Assembly: GCA_963575745.1 (NCBI GenBank)
Contig: CAUYUJ010000103.1
Span: 186,001-250,000, forward strand
DNA from: Prorocentrum cordatum
Taxonomy: Eukaryota
DNA length: 64,000 nt
Direction of reading: 5' to 3'
Shown: one piece after another, positions 1 to 35,800 of the stretch
Numbering within the stretch: the first letter of the stretch is position 1
Layout of the letters: each line of letters starts with the position of its first letter
The notes under the pieces: generated by a model
The model's database searches: none
What the model saw: the letters and a program-made list of their open reading frames with translations, nothing else
What the model was told of the DNA's origin: nothing
Made by a program: the position numbers and the translations under genes

Positions 1-48
1 CCCCTCCTCCTCCCCCCTCACCCCCCGTGGCCCACCCACGAGAGCGAG

Positions 49-23047
<22,999 letters not shown>

Positions 23048-24129
23048 GCCAACGGCGCCTGGCCTGTGGCGCGCAAGTCCTCGCAGAGCGGCTGGCCGAC
23101 GCAACGCAGGGGTCGGTCTCTCACCCGCTGGGACCTCAGCGGCGCGCCGAGGGGAACCGAGAGGGGCGGGGGGGGCGACTTACTGGCCACCGCCCCCGCG
23201 CGCGTACCTTGTGCCGGATCGTCTTGTCCGTTGGGGTGGTGTAAAAATTGTGTCCCTAGGGGTTGCCAATTTTGTACACAGCCCCCGCTCCACGGTCTTG
23301 TGCCGGACAAGCTTGTTTGTGGGCGAGGTGTGAAAAAGTAGTGTTTCCAGAAGGGGCAGGCCTTCCCAGAAGGCGGCGGGACTTCGGAGACGGCTCAGAC
23401 AGCTTCTCAGCAGGCTGGAGGCCTTCTGAGCCTTCTGAGACGGCCCGCCCCCTCTGTCTTCCCTCCTCGGCGCGCCGCCGAAGAGTTGGTCAAGCCCCAG
23501 TGATGGTTAGCTTCGCATGCCAGCCTCGACTGGGGGTGCTGTGGTCCTTACTCCCCTGGGGGGCACAGCGGCTTCGACATTCCTCCGAGAGATCGTCCAT
23601 GCTGCGGGCCCCCCCTCTCCCCGTCTGGTCGAAGGCATCCAAGAGGGGGGTGCGGACTAGGGGGGTGGATGTCGTGGCCAGGGCCATGACATCTCCCAGA
23701 TTCCATGGCGCCCTCTGGCCTCTGGCCCCCCTTTGTCCGCGCACATGCCTAGGGCCACGGTGCGCTGACCCCCCTCTTCCTGGCGCCCCTCCTCGGCGCA
23801 CCCCCTCCGTTGATCGGGAGGATCGGAATGGGGACGGGAAGAACGGCCACGACTCGCGTCGGCGTCGCCGCAGACGTTCTCCCCCATTTGAAGCCAACGT
23901 CGCCTGCCCAACGGCGTCCCAATTTTTTTCGTCCTCATTTCGGGTCTGCCAAGCTGAAGGGGGTAGGAACGAGGGAGGGATGGCGGAGGAGGGAGAGAGG
24001 AGGTCAGGTCACGACGGCTCAAGACAGCAACAAGCCGACGTTCGCCAAAGAATGAGGAGCGGAATGGATGCATCTGCCCTGCCCCGCCGCCCGCCAGATC
24101 GATGCCTCCGCCCGCCACTCCGACACTTC

Positions 24130-24160
<31 letters not shown>

Positions 24161-24342
24161 CGATGACGATGACGATGACGATGATGATGATGATGATGAT
24201 GATGATGACGATGATGATGATGACGGTGCTGATGATGATGATGATGCTGATGATGATGATGGTGGTGGTGATGATCATGATGCTGATGATGATGAGGATG
24301 AGGATGATGAGGATGAGGCTGATGATGAGGATGAGGCTGATG

Positions 24343-24374
<32 letters not shown>

Positions 24375-24516
24375 GATTGTGGTGGTGGTGTTGCTGGTGG
24401 TGATGCTGATGCTGCTGATGATGATGATGGTGGTGGCGGTGCTGGTGATGATGCTGATGATGATGTTGATGATGATGATGGTGATGGTGATGATGGTGAT
24501 GAAGATGGTGGCGGTG

Positions 24517-24597
<81 letters not shown>

Positions 24598-24730
24598 GTG
24601 ATGATGCTGATGCTGATGCTGATGCTGATGCTGATACTGATGATTGTGATGGTGGTGGTGGTGGTGGTGGTGGTGATGGTGGTGATGGTGGTGTTGGCGA
24701 CGATGAGGAGGAGGTGGAGGTGGAGGAGGA
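24130..24730. repeat. Degenerate (GAT/GGT/GCT)n microsatellite
   Basis: Read directly from sequence. Confidence 0.95.
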
Positions 24731-27531
24731 TGCGGCGGCGGAGGCTACATCCCACCACCTCTGTGGCATTGGCTGGCTGCTCTGCGTGATGGAATGCCCG
24801 CAGCTCTTCAAGGCGCGGAAGGCTTACCAACAGCCTCCGCGTTATTTTTCGCCCCTTCAGCTCGGATGAGGACTATTGTGCCTATGCCCAGCCATTGCTA
24901 CCCACAGTAGGGGCCTCCTCGAAACACGTGCTGCCCTTCGCCATCTCCCCAGCCTATCTATGCCTTCATCATATCGCTCCCCATCCTCTTGACATTTGTG
25001 CGGTCGATCTGAAAGAGAGTGCGCGTTGGGCCTGGAATACTAACATGGGGGGGTCCCAATTCTGAAGACAGCGTGTTGCGATTGCCGCAAACGCGACACG
25101 TCGAGCAATATTTGTTGACACTCCTCCTCCTCCTCCTCCTCCTCCTCCTCCTCTGGCCTCCTCGTCCTCCTCTCCCCCCATCCTCCGTTTGTTATTTTCT
25201 CCTGCTGCTCCTCCTCCACCTCCTTCTCCTGTGCTCCTATGCAGCGCTGGTCCTTGTCCTCGTCCTCGTCGTCGTCGTCGTCGTCCATCCATGTTCTCCG
25301 TAGATAACTCCCTGTCGCGCCCCGAGGCTGGTCGAAAGGGCGACCCGGGCGTTTCGCCTGAGACATCCTCTCCGTTTGTGATCCTGAAGCCTGACACTTG
25401 CAACAGTTCCACGGATGGAGGGCCGGCGATGTTCAATAGTTGACTTGCCTGAACGTCGCGCGCACTCGTTCTAAAACAATGCAAGAGTTTCACGGATCGA
25501 GGGCGGGCCGTTGTTTGGAGCAATTCAGGATTGTCAGGGCGCAGCATTTACGTTGATTTGCGATGCTGAAATCTATGACATGGTGTCCTGGCACGATTCA
25601 GGATCGTCAAGACGCAACAGTCAAGGTGATTCGTGGCGTTGAAGTTCTGAGACTAGTATTGTGGCACGCTTGAGGATCTTCCAACGGTTGTCTCCCAACG
25701 GGGCACTCCCCTCAGTGGACATGAAGCTTTGCAGGGGCCTATGATCGACTTTGGGAGGGTTTATTCTAATTCCAACGTCGTTGATGAGTCTTGGGTTTGC
25801 ACTGGTCCTCCTCCTCCTCCTGTCTCGGCTCTTGCGCCCACTGCTGGGCTAGGGGCTTTCCGTTGTGCCGCCGGCCCGACGCTCCTCCCAGCGCGGTGAT
25901 GTCGCTCGTCCGCCTCGCGCTCAGCCGCAACCAGCTCCATCCCGCCACGACGGCTGGCCGCGCCCGCGGGGAGCGCCCACCGCTGCGGACCAGAAGGCCG
26001 CGTTCTGGCGCAGGGTCGCAGAAGGAGGGGTGGATCGCAGGCGAGTTTTTTTGTTTTCCGAGTCTGGGATTTATCCATATCCACCGCTTGGAATCCGATC
26101 TTCCTGGACCTCGGGAGGCCGTGGCCACACATATATTCGGCCCCCCTGGGGCTGACATATATCAACATCCGCCGCCTCCTGGGGTCTCAGGACATCGGTT
26201 CGCCAGGCAGTGGATGTGGATAAATCCCCGCCTCGCATTCCCGCCGACAACCCCTGATTTCCCCCCCCCAAGAGCGTGCCGCTCAGGACAGCAGGGGAAA
26301 CTTGGGGATGCACCCCTCTGGGCTTGGGCTATTCGGACTCCTCCCTGTCGAGGATGGGCGCCCCCTCGTCGTGCATCCCCGATTTCGGCCCCCAATCTGA
26401 TGTCAAGTCGAAATTTCCAAGGACGGTCGGTGAATGAGTTCGCCATACCCCCCATCAGTAGAAGAAGGGAATCGCCATGAAGGAAAGGGGTTCTCAAGGG
26501 AAACGCCTCCTGGAGGTTCTCGGCCGTTTTCGGGCTGCCGGGGCCCTCCCCATGCCCCAGGACAGTTGAACATCTGCCCGGGGTGAGAAGCCAGTCCTGG
26601 GGCATGGCCCCGCGCGTGGTCCAGGACCCGCTCCCCTCAGGGCCCGCTTCCCTCGGGCCCAAGGGACCACCGCGTCGAACGAGTTCCTCGGGCTTCCTGA
26701 GAGACCCGGGATGGGGGAGGGCGGGGACGAGAGATGTGGGCATGGGTGGACGAATAATTTATATACTGATAACTTCATGCCACCCGCCCTCTGACCACCT
26801 CCAGCGACACGAGGAGAGGGAAGAAGACGACACCCTTGCTACCCTTCACGTGCTGCATGTACACAGCACCCGTACGACTGTAAATAACCCTCGGAGACCA
26901 TGTCGAGGCAGGGGAGGATCCAACGTGCACCAGCGAGACGACCTCTTCAGTGGACGGCCTGTACGAGCGAACGGAACATCTGATGAAGCATTTCACACTC
27001 GTGGATTCTGACAGCTGGCCTCGGAACCCACTTAAACAGGGGAATGACCAGATTCTCACGTACGCCCAAAGCCAGCATACAAAGACACTCCTGACGCCCA
27101 TGCAAGTGACGTGCTACACTGCACCAACACAAGCTGGATAACACCCATTGGTGGCCATGAATATTGAAAGATGCAGAGCGGAGGTCAAACACCAGAGCGT
27201 TCAACATGACCACCAGACATACAACATGTGAAGGCATAAACGGTACCAGCAACGCGACTGCACAACATAATGCACCTGCAACCAATCCATTCACGTACGC
27301 CCAGGCCGCAGGGAGGAGGGTTTGGATGAGCTCGCAGCCCGTTGCACCTCCGTCTATCGACGGACGGACCGTGTCCAGTAAGACGTGGAAGGAAGCCGAC
27401 GCCGACTTGATACACCACCGTGGCACTACACACTGCAGGGCGAAATGCTTGATTTCGTTGACAATTGACCCCATGTCGCCAGCCTGGACACACTGCAGAC
27501 GTGTGCGGTGGCCTAGGTGCTCGAGTGGATG

Positions 27532-30500
27532 CTCGACCCTGGACGTGCGTGGCTGGGGATCGAGATCGAGAACATGCACAACTCCGTGAAGAGCGAATTT
27601 CTCGAGCAGCAGGTCGCCCACAATATCCCGCGCATGGCCGAGCTTCTCTTTTGGATCCGCGTCCCGCGGAGCCACATGTAGAAAGACGAGAAGGGGGCAC
27701 TGCACAGGATCGACGCGTTCGACGGCTTCGACCAGGGCTGCCCTGCCTCCAACACCCTCGCCCACGTTGCACTCGTCGACGCGCACGCTGAACTCGCTGA
27801 GCGCGGCGCTGTCTCTGGCCAACAGGATGACGCGCGCGTGCTGGCCAAGCCCGCGGATCTGCTGGCCATCTGCGACAGCCTCGGCGCCGTTTTTGCCCTG
27901 GTTAAGCTCCGAGTGAAGCTGTCGAAGTGTTACATCGCCGCGCGAGGCCCTTGCGGGACTGGCGGTTCTGGTATTCCAGTGTCTGCAGCCGTGCCCGTCG
28001 TGTTGAAGCTGCCGTTTCCGATGCCAGAGGCCGATGGTGCCGTATCGGTTGACGTGGCGCCCGCTGTCCGCATCGAGGCTCGTCGAGATGCTCTCCTGGA
28101 ACGGGTGGCTGACTGCGTGCGGCCGGATTGTGTGCCCAGTCGGCCTTTCTTCTCGTGTGGATGGCTACCACAGGCGACATCAATCACGTTGCGCAGAACG
28201 TGCCCATCCCAGATCCGGTATCTCTGAGCTTCGATAAGGCGCTTTTGGCCGGGGCCCACGACCTCCTGGGCATCGACATGGCCGCAGATCCCGGCGTGGA
28301 GCATCACAGGTGGTTTCTTCCTTGGCGGGGCGGCGGCATGGGGCTCCACAGTGCATGCCACTCCGCGGAGGCACTCTACTTGGCGTCGTTGTGTCTGGCA
28401 GAGGCCCGCTCGGCCGATAGGAATGGCCTGCCGTCCTCCCACGATGTCATGGAACGCTTGCCCTCCTTTGCGTCGTAGACTACATCGGTGATACGCTCCG
28501 TGCGCGGTAAGGGCGTCGTGAGTCTCACAGGCCTCGCAGCTTTTTTCGACCAGGACGACCCGAGGCTGGCGCGGCAGTGCCGACTGGTAGTTTGCACGCG
28601 CAGCTACTTTCTTTTCGAATGCGGCGCGAGCGATGAGTCTGTCATTGCCTGGAAGGAGAGCGGTGGCCCTGGGGCGAGCTCTTGGCATCTCCCACCGCGG
28701 CGGCCTCAGCGCTCCATGTCCGACCAGACATTCGTGACGTGCGTCCGCTTCCAGCTGAACTTTCTTTCCGACGCTCCAGTCCGCCGGTCCGTGTCTCCAC
28801 CGTTCGAAGCCCCGGCCTGACCGCCCCGGGGCATTGCGTGAGTGCGCGCGCGATTTGCATGGTCGGCACCCTATTACTTGCGGTGTGGGCTGCATGGTGA
28901 CCGGCCGTCACAATGCCCTTCGTGACACGCTCGTGAACACCATTGCGGACATCGCAGAGTGTCCGGCCATCGCGGGGCAGCACGATCACACCTTGCCAGA
29001 TGATCGTCGGCCCGATCTGCACTTCCATAACCACCCGGACGAAACTGAGCATATCGATGTGGCACGATGTGGCCATCGTGAGCCCGCGGGCAAGGCTGGG
29101 TGGCCAGAACCCCCGCACCGCGCGACATGGCGCCGGAAGTGTGCCCAGCTGAAGCTCACCCTGCAGTGGTATCCTGCTTCGGCCGCCCCGGGGGAGGCCT
29201 CGCCACCTTGGTGCGCTCCCTGTTTTGAAACAAGGACCAGGAAGATCGCTCTGCGAACGTGAGCCTCCTCAGGCAGGATTGGGCGACGCTTTGGATGGGC
29301 CCCTGATTCCGCCGTAGTTCGCTGGCCTCGCCTTTCAGGGCCGGTTCGTCCCTCCTTTTCTTTTTCCCCCTCGACCTTCTTGTTTTTCCGTGCCACTCTT
29401 CTTTCTCTTCCCCTCTTTCCGGCGCCGACGTGGCCCGCGGCCCCGGGGGCGCCTAACACGGGGGCGTGATGGCGCAGACCCCTAGGCCCCGTGCCGGCGT
29501 GGGCTGCCGTCCTCCCACGATGCCATGGAACGCTTACCCTCCCTTGCGTCGTAGACTACCTCGGTGATACGCTCCGTGCGTGGCAAGGGCGTCGTGAGCC
29601 TCACAGGCCTCGCAGCTTTCCTCGACCAGGACGACCCCAGGCTGGCGCGGCAGTGCCGACTGGTAGTTTGCGCGCGCAGCTACTTTCTTTTCGAATGCGG
29701 CGCGAGCGATGAGTCTGTCATTGCCTGGAAGGAGAGCGGTGGCCCTGGGGCGAGCTCTTGGCTTCTCCCACCGCGGCGGCCTCAGCGCTCCATGTCCGAC
29801 CAGACATTCGTGACGTGCGTCCGCTTCCAGCTGAACCTTCCGACGCTCCAGTCCGCCGGTCCGTGTCTCCGCCGTTCGAAGCCCCGGCCTGACCGCCCCG
29901 GGGCATTGCGTGAGTGCGCGCGCAATTCGCATGGTCGGCACCCTATTACTTGCGGTGTGGGCTGCATGGTGAACGGCCGTCGCAATGCCCTTCGTGACAC
30001 GCTCGTGAACACCATTGCAGAGTGTCCGGCCATCGCGGGGCAGCACGATCACACCTTGCCAGATGATCGTCGGCCCGATCTGCACATCCATAACCACCCG
30101 GGCGAAACTGAGCATATCGATGTGGCGCGATGTGGCCATCGTGAGCCCGCGGGCAAGGCTGGGTGGCCAGAACCCCCGCACCGCGCGACATGGCGCCGCC
30201 ATCGCGGCTGAGGAGGCCAAAAAGCGCCGGAAGTGTGCCCAGCTGAAGCTCACCCTGCAGTGGCGTCCTGCTTCGGCCGCCCCGGGGGAGGCCTCGTCAC
30301 CTTGGTGCGCCCCCTGTTTTGAAACAAGGACCAGGAAGATCGCTCTGCGAACGTGAGCCTCCTCAGGCAGGATTGGGCGACGCTTTGGATGGGCCCCTGA
30401 TTTCGCCGTAGTTCGCTGGCCTCGCCTTTCAGGGCCGGTTCGTCCCGCTTTTTCTTTTTCCCCTCGACCTTTTTGTTTTTCCGTGCCACTCCTCTTCCTC

Positions 30501-30600
30501 TTCCTTTCTTTCCGGCGCCGACGTGGCCCGCGGCCCCGGGGGCGCCTAACACGGGGGCGTGACGGCGCAGACCCCTAGGCCCCGTGCCGGCGTGGGCTAG
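27532..30600 (+). mobile_element. Decayed RLE-type (CRE/R2-like) non-LTR retrotransposon with duplicated 3' part
   Basis: RT motifs IEIENMHNS, GFDQGCPAS, GQQDDA, LRVKLSKC; LPWRGGGMGL; then H..TC (zinc knuckle end), RHNALRD and RPD...D restriction-like endonuclease motifs. Stop at 27679 plus frameshifts. Confidence 0.8.
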
Positions 30601-31436
30601 TTTAGTTCCCCCGTCTTCCTCCCCTCCTCCCGTTTTTCGTAGTTCTTCCTCTTCCTTCCGCGTTTGCCGGCCGTAATTCGCGACGTGTTCGCTGCGTGTT
30701 GCAGAGGCCGCCTCTTCAATCACCTGTTGGTCACTTTTCGCGCGAGACCATCCCAGCCTCGTGGAGGTTTGGATGGATGGATGGATGGATGGATGGTTTG
30801 CCTTCCCCTCCTTCGCGCGGGGTCGTCGGAGCGGCGAGGACGGATGGATGGGGGGGGGGGGGGCGGAAGGAGGTGGAGGAGGAGGAGGGGGGGGGGGGAG
30901 GAGGAGGAGGGGGGCAGGGGGAAGAGGAGGAGGAGCGGCGGACGGACTGGGGGCGAAGGGAGGAGCGGCGCCCGGCCCCGCGGCGGCGGGCGCGGGCGCG
31001 GGCGCGCGCGGGCGCGCGCGGCGCGGCCCGCGGCGCGCGCGGCCCGCCCCGGGGCCCTCCTCGGACCTGAGGGCCCTGGGGCGCAGATGAGGAGGAGGAG
31101 GGGGGGGGGGGGGATGAGGAGGAGAGGGGGGATTTCTTCAACAAGGCAATGGGTGACGCAGCGTTTTGCTTGCCAGTAAAAGAACTACCTCTGGCGGCGG
31201 CTGAGCGGAACGGGCCCGCGCGCGCACCCCCGGGCCAGAAGTCAGTCGGAGTCGCCGGACTCCATGGCGCTTGCGCGGGCAGCTCGCGGAGGAGCGTTGC
31301 CCTCCTCCTCCTCCCCCCCCCCCTCCTCCGCCTCCCCCCCCTCCTCCTTTCAAGCCATTTCGGTCGGCAGCGGGCGCGCGCGCGCGCGAGGGCCGAGGCG
31401 GCCGGGCGCGCGCCATCGGCGGCGGCGAGTTGATGC

Positions 31437-32497
31437 TTGCTGCACGTCGGTTCGCGGCTTGAGGTGGGCGGCCAGAGGCCGCTGCTAAAGTTCCTGCTGC
31501 CCCAGTGCATGACACGCGGCAGAGGCTGGCGACAAGACAACGATGCCCAAGCGACGCGGGGGGCATCATGGGGGGCGCCGCAGTGGCAATTGGGTACATT
31601 GCAACAGGGCTGGCAAGCCTGGATGGGCCAACTGCAAAACATGTGGGCCAGAGTGGCAAGCACCAGCTACTTCGAAGCCGCCAGCAGGAGGCCAACCGTC
31701 CAAGATGCAGCTCAGCCGATGGTGGACCTTCTCAGGAAGCAGTACATCGTGGCGCGTGAGCAGACTGACCAGCCCCGCATGGATGAGATCCTCGCAGCCT
31801 GCCCAGACGCCAAGCCACCAGTCCCTGCAGCGGTCACCGTGCCGTCCACGGGACAGGTGCTCCAGGAGGCTGTCGCCGAGCTCAACCGACTCCAGAAGCA
31901 CCGAGATAAGCTGGCCAAGCAGCTCGAGCGTGCCACCGAGTGCCGCAACGACGTGCTCCAGCGGATCAACACCAATGTGGCCGAGCTGGCAGAAGCAAAG
32001 CGACAGTTCCATGAGGCAAAGGCTGATGTTGGAGAAGTGGTGCCCGAATCAGAGTATGCCAAGAAGCCGGATGATGACGAAGAGGCTTCCCCCACCTTGG
32101 ATGAGGAAGAGTTGGCAATGTTGGACGCTAAGCAGAAAGAAGAATATGAACACATTCAGAAATAATTCCAACAGGCCAAGCAGTACATCGAGGGCAGGAA
32201 GACAGCCGTCAACAACGCGAAGAAGGCGCTCGACGCAGCCAAGACGTTCAAGACTAAGGTCTGCAAGAGACGCCAAGGAGAAGATGGAGCTGACACCAAG
32301 TCGGAACCAGACAAAAAGCTGGAACCGCAGCAACATCAGCCGTATCAGGTGCAGCACCATCAGCCATGGACCCGCAAATCGAGCTCGCCAACCAGTGCGA
32401 CCTCTCAGATGATGCCCAGGTCCAGGCCTACCTCGTGCAGCTGGCCCAGATCAAGAGCAGGACGAAGGTCGCCGTGGCTACGAAGCAGAGCTCCTAA
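31437..32497 (+). pseudogene. LINE ORF1 (gag-like, zinc finger plus coiled coil)
   Basis: Frameshifted W..CN..CKTCG..W motif; long heptad region; premature TAA at 32163. Confidence 0.65.
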
Positions 32498-32889
32498 CCA
32501 CCGCCAGGATTTCGCTGACGTTGAAGCCGAAATCGAGGGCTTCGCACTAGCAGCGTCTGCTGCGAAGGGGGGTGAGCCAAACGTGGCCACTGCTGCCGTC
32601 GGTGTATCGAGCGGCAAATCCCCACTCGAAGCAGACCTTCATCAGGGACCAAGCGGCCCGCCCAAGCTGGCGTTCCAGAAGCAGGTCTGGTTCGACGACG
32701 AGGTTGACTACATCATCGAGAGTGCGTCTACTCGAGCAGATGATGACCCAGGCAATTCTCAGTCGTGTTTATCATCGGGGAGTTCTAATTCTTCGCCGTC
32801 GTCGGACGACCTAGTCCGTGCAGTTGCGCAGAGTATTAGTCATGGGTTCCAGACCGAAGGCGACGAAAAGCAGAGCCAGTTCGACGAGG

Positions 32890-35800
32890 CAAATACCATC
32901 GCCACGATTTCCATGGCCAACATAACGCAGTACAGCGCGGCCGCCAAGGCTTACATCGAGGGCAAGAGCAAGCAGTGTGACATCATGGCGCCCAATGAGC
33001 ACCATTTGCGTGGACCAGCAGCGGAGATCGAGGCCAATCGGCTGATGAAGTATGGTTGGCGATCCCATGGAACGTGGGCCCCAGCGAGACCATCCCCACC
33101 TTCGAAGAAAGGCGCCTTGGGAGGCACCTGCATACTTCGACGTCGACATCTGGACACGCGCGCACACCTGCCAGACGCGCAGGGCTACAGTATTTTTGCC
33201 AAGGAGTTTCACGATATCTCCATAATCAAGTGGCAGCTCAAAGGACAGCAGATTGCAATTATCACGGCATGTCTCACGGCATCAATTGGCTTCACTGGCG
33301 AGAACATCTCGCAGGATGAAGCAGTTGATGCTGCTGACGAAGAGCTTGGGCAACATACCTTGGATGATGCGTGGCGACTTCAACGAAGCGCCCCAGGAAT
33401 TCGAGGCGACGCCCTGGCTTGAATCACTTGGAGGATCTATTGTCGTGCCCCAGCACGCTAGGCATACGTGCAACCGTGGAAAGGGGCGCCTCATCGACTA
33501 TGTGATTATAACCCCAGATCTTCGGCCCCTAATCGAGCAAGTACGAGCTGAACACGATGTACCTTGGTCACCGCGCATCGGCGTCGTCGTCGAACTATGG
33601 GCCAGGCCGTCGACCACTCTCATACGAAAGCCCATGCTCCCGGCTAAACGGCCCATCCCCATGATAGAAGTTACGCGTGAGAAGGGCATCAAGAGGCAGC
33701 AGAGGGGCCGTACTCAGTGCAACGAAATGGCCCAGTACCTTGAGGATGACCTCCTAGACAGGAAATTGCTGGGTAAGCATTACACGGAGACGGTCACCAA
33801 GCGCTGCGACCAGACCAGCTGGGCAGAGTGCCTAAAGGAGGAGGCATCCTGCCGAATCCGCGGTGCTCCAGTGTGGATACGGAACTCGTTAGCTTACCAG
33901 CAGGGCCCGAGGATGAGCGAGCTTCTTGGACGACTGTATGGCAAATGGGCGAATGCTGCAGAGCGGGCTTTGTCAACCATTACCGGTGCACCGTTGCAAT
34001 CGCGAGCTCGTTGCTGCCAGCCGACATGTTACAAAGAGGTACCGTATCCACAGCATATCGCAGGCAAACCAAAGGGCGACACCAAGGCGGACGAGCAGCA
34101 GCGCATCAGCACCCTCTGGACATCAATGTCCCATAGATGCCGAGTCGGAGCCCTACTCTTCCAGAGACACCCCATTGAGATTAAGCCCCACTTGGAAGCC
34201 ATCTGTATCATCATTAAGAGTGTAGCCAGCCAGATCGACAAGCTTGAGAGCACAAAGGTAGCCGAGATTGGTTACTTGGACAACCAGGCTGCTCTACTCG
34301 CTCGGCGTGTAAGCAACCTCGGCCATGACCCCGACCCTGAGGTAAACGCCGGGAATGTCCAGGAGTGGCAGGACGCGGTAGGGCTACACGGCTCCGAATG
34401 GAATGGCAAAATTCTCAAATGTGGGAAAAAGTCAGAGAGCAGATTGGACAGTGGACGAGGGCGGCCTTGTCGAGCAATATGCCTGATGCACATAGGTACG
34501 TCAGCAAACATGAACGACGGGACCTACCTGATACGTTAGTGGACCCAAGCAGCAAAGAAGAAACGGGATCACTAAGGGAAGCTACGGAGTGCCGCGCAGG
34601 GGCATGGCAGACAAGGTGGCAGAGGCATAACAATAGCGAGCAGCTCGAGCAGGCCATGACAGAGCTTCGACGAGCAGCTCAGGCCGAACTTCCTCAGCGT
34701 GCGTTCTACGATGTTAACGACCTCGAAGCTGCACTTCCCCAATTTCGTCCCGCGACGGCGCGGGGGCCCGATCAATGGCAGCCGCCTGAGATCAACGCCC
34801 TACCAGATGACGCCAAGCGTAGCCTCGTTTCTGTGATAAACTCATGTGAACGCAACTTGTCCTGGCCTCATCGATTTTACCATCTTTGGTACCATCTATT
34901 GGTCAAAGCTGGCTCCAATACAGCAGGCGAGGAGCGCCCGATTGGCTTGCCACCTTTCCCAGTGCGGCTTTGGGGTAAGATGGCAAAATCGGAAATGCAC
35001 GAATGGTGAGCAGAAAAGGCAGGGCATTGGGATGCAGCGATTCAAGGATCTTCAGCTTTACGCGCAGCAATGCTGTCGATGGCTCTCGACGAAACCAGCG
35101 CGAAGCTCAAGGGATCGTTCTGCGGCGCCCTCTACTTAGACTTGGAGAAATTCTAGGACAGCGTGGACCTCAGCATCCTGATCAGGAGGGCAAGGCAACT
35201 CAACTATCCGGCGGTTAATTATATATGAGTGTGCCGATGTATCGTTCGCCGCGCATTGCCAGAGCCTGCCATGATCATGCAGAACCCATCTGCCCATGGA
35301 ATGGCATAGTCCCAGGATGCGCTGCAGCTAACCATGCAGCAAGGGCCATGATCTACGTCATATTGGATAAAACGCACAATGCAGCACCCCTGGCTATTGC
35401 ACGTGAGTTTGTCGATGATCTACGCACCAGAGTTGAATGGCACCTTGCGGACTTCAAGGAGCAGTTCCCTGTGGCAGTCGTTACCATGGTAGAAGCATGC
35501 TTGGAGTCTAAGCGGGTGATATCAGGCAAGTCGGCACTACTGACGAACAGCGTCGAGACCAAGAAACACATCGCGAAGCAGCTGAAGCAGAAAGGCATAG
35601 CGGTCAAGACGCCGAAGTACGTAAAGAATTTAGGCATTGATGCGGCGCTTGGACGGCACCGAGTCACAGCGACGCGCACGACCAGGACGAAGCAGGCCAA
35701 GCTAATAGCAAAACGGGCCGAGCTTTTCAGCAAGCAGAAAGGACGCTGGCGCCGCAGAACAGCCATGCTTTTCAACTCGAATCTCAGAGCGAAGCAAAGT

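Noticed and set aside
31348..31370. TCAAGCCATTTCGG as a relict spliced leader before LINE ORF1
   Set aside because: The position is suggestive but the match is too short to support.
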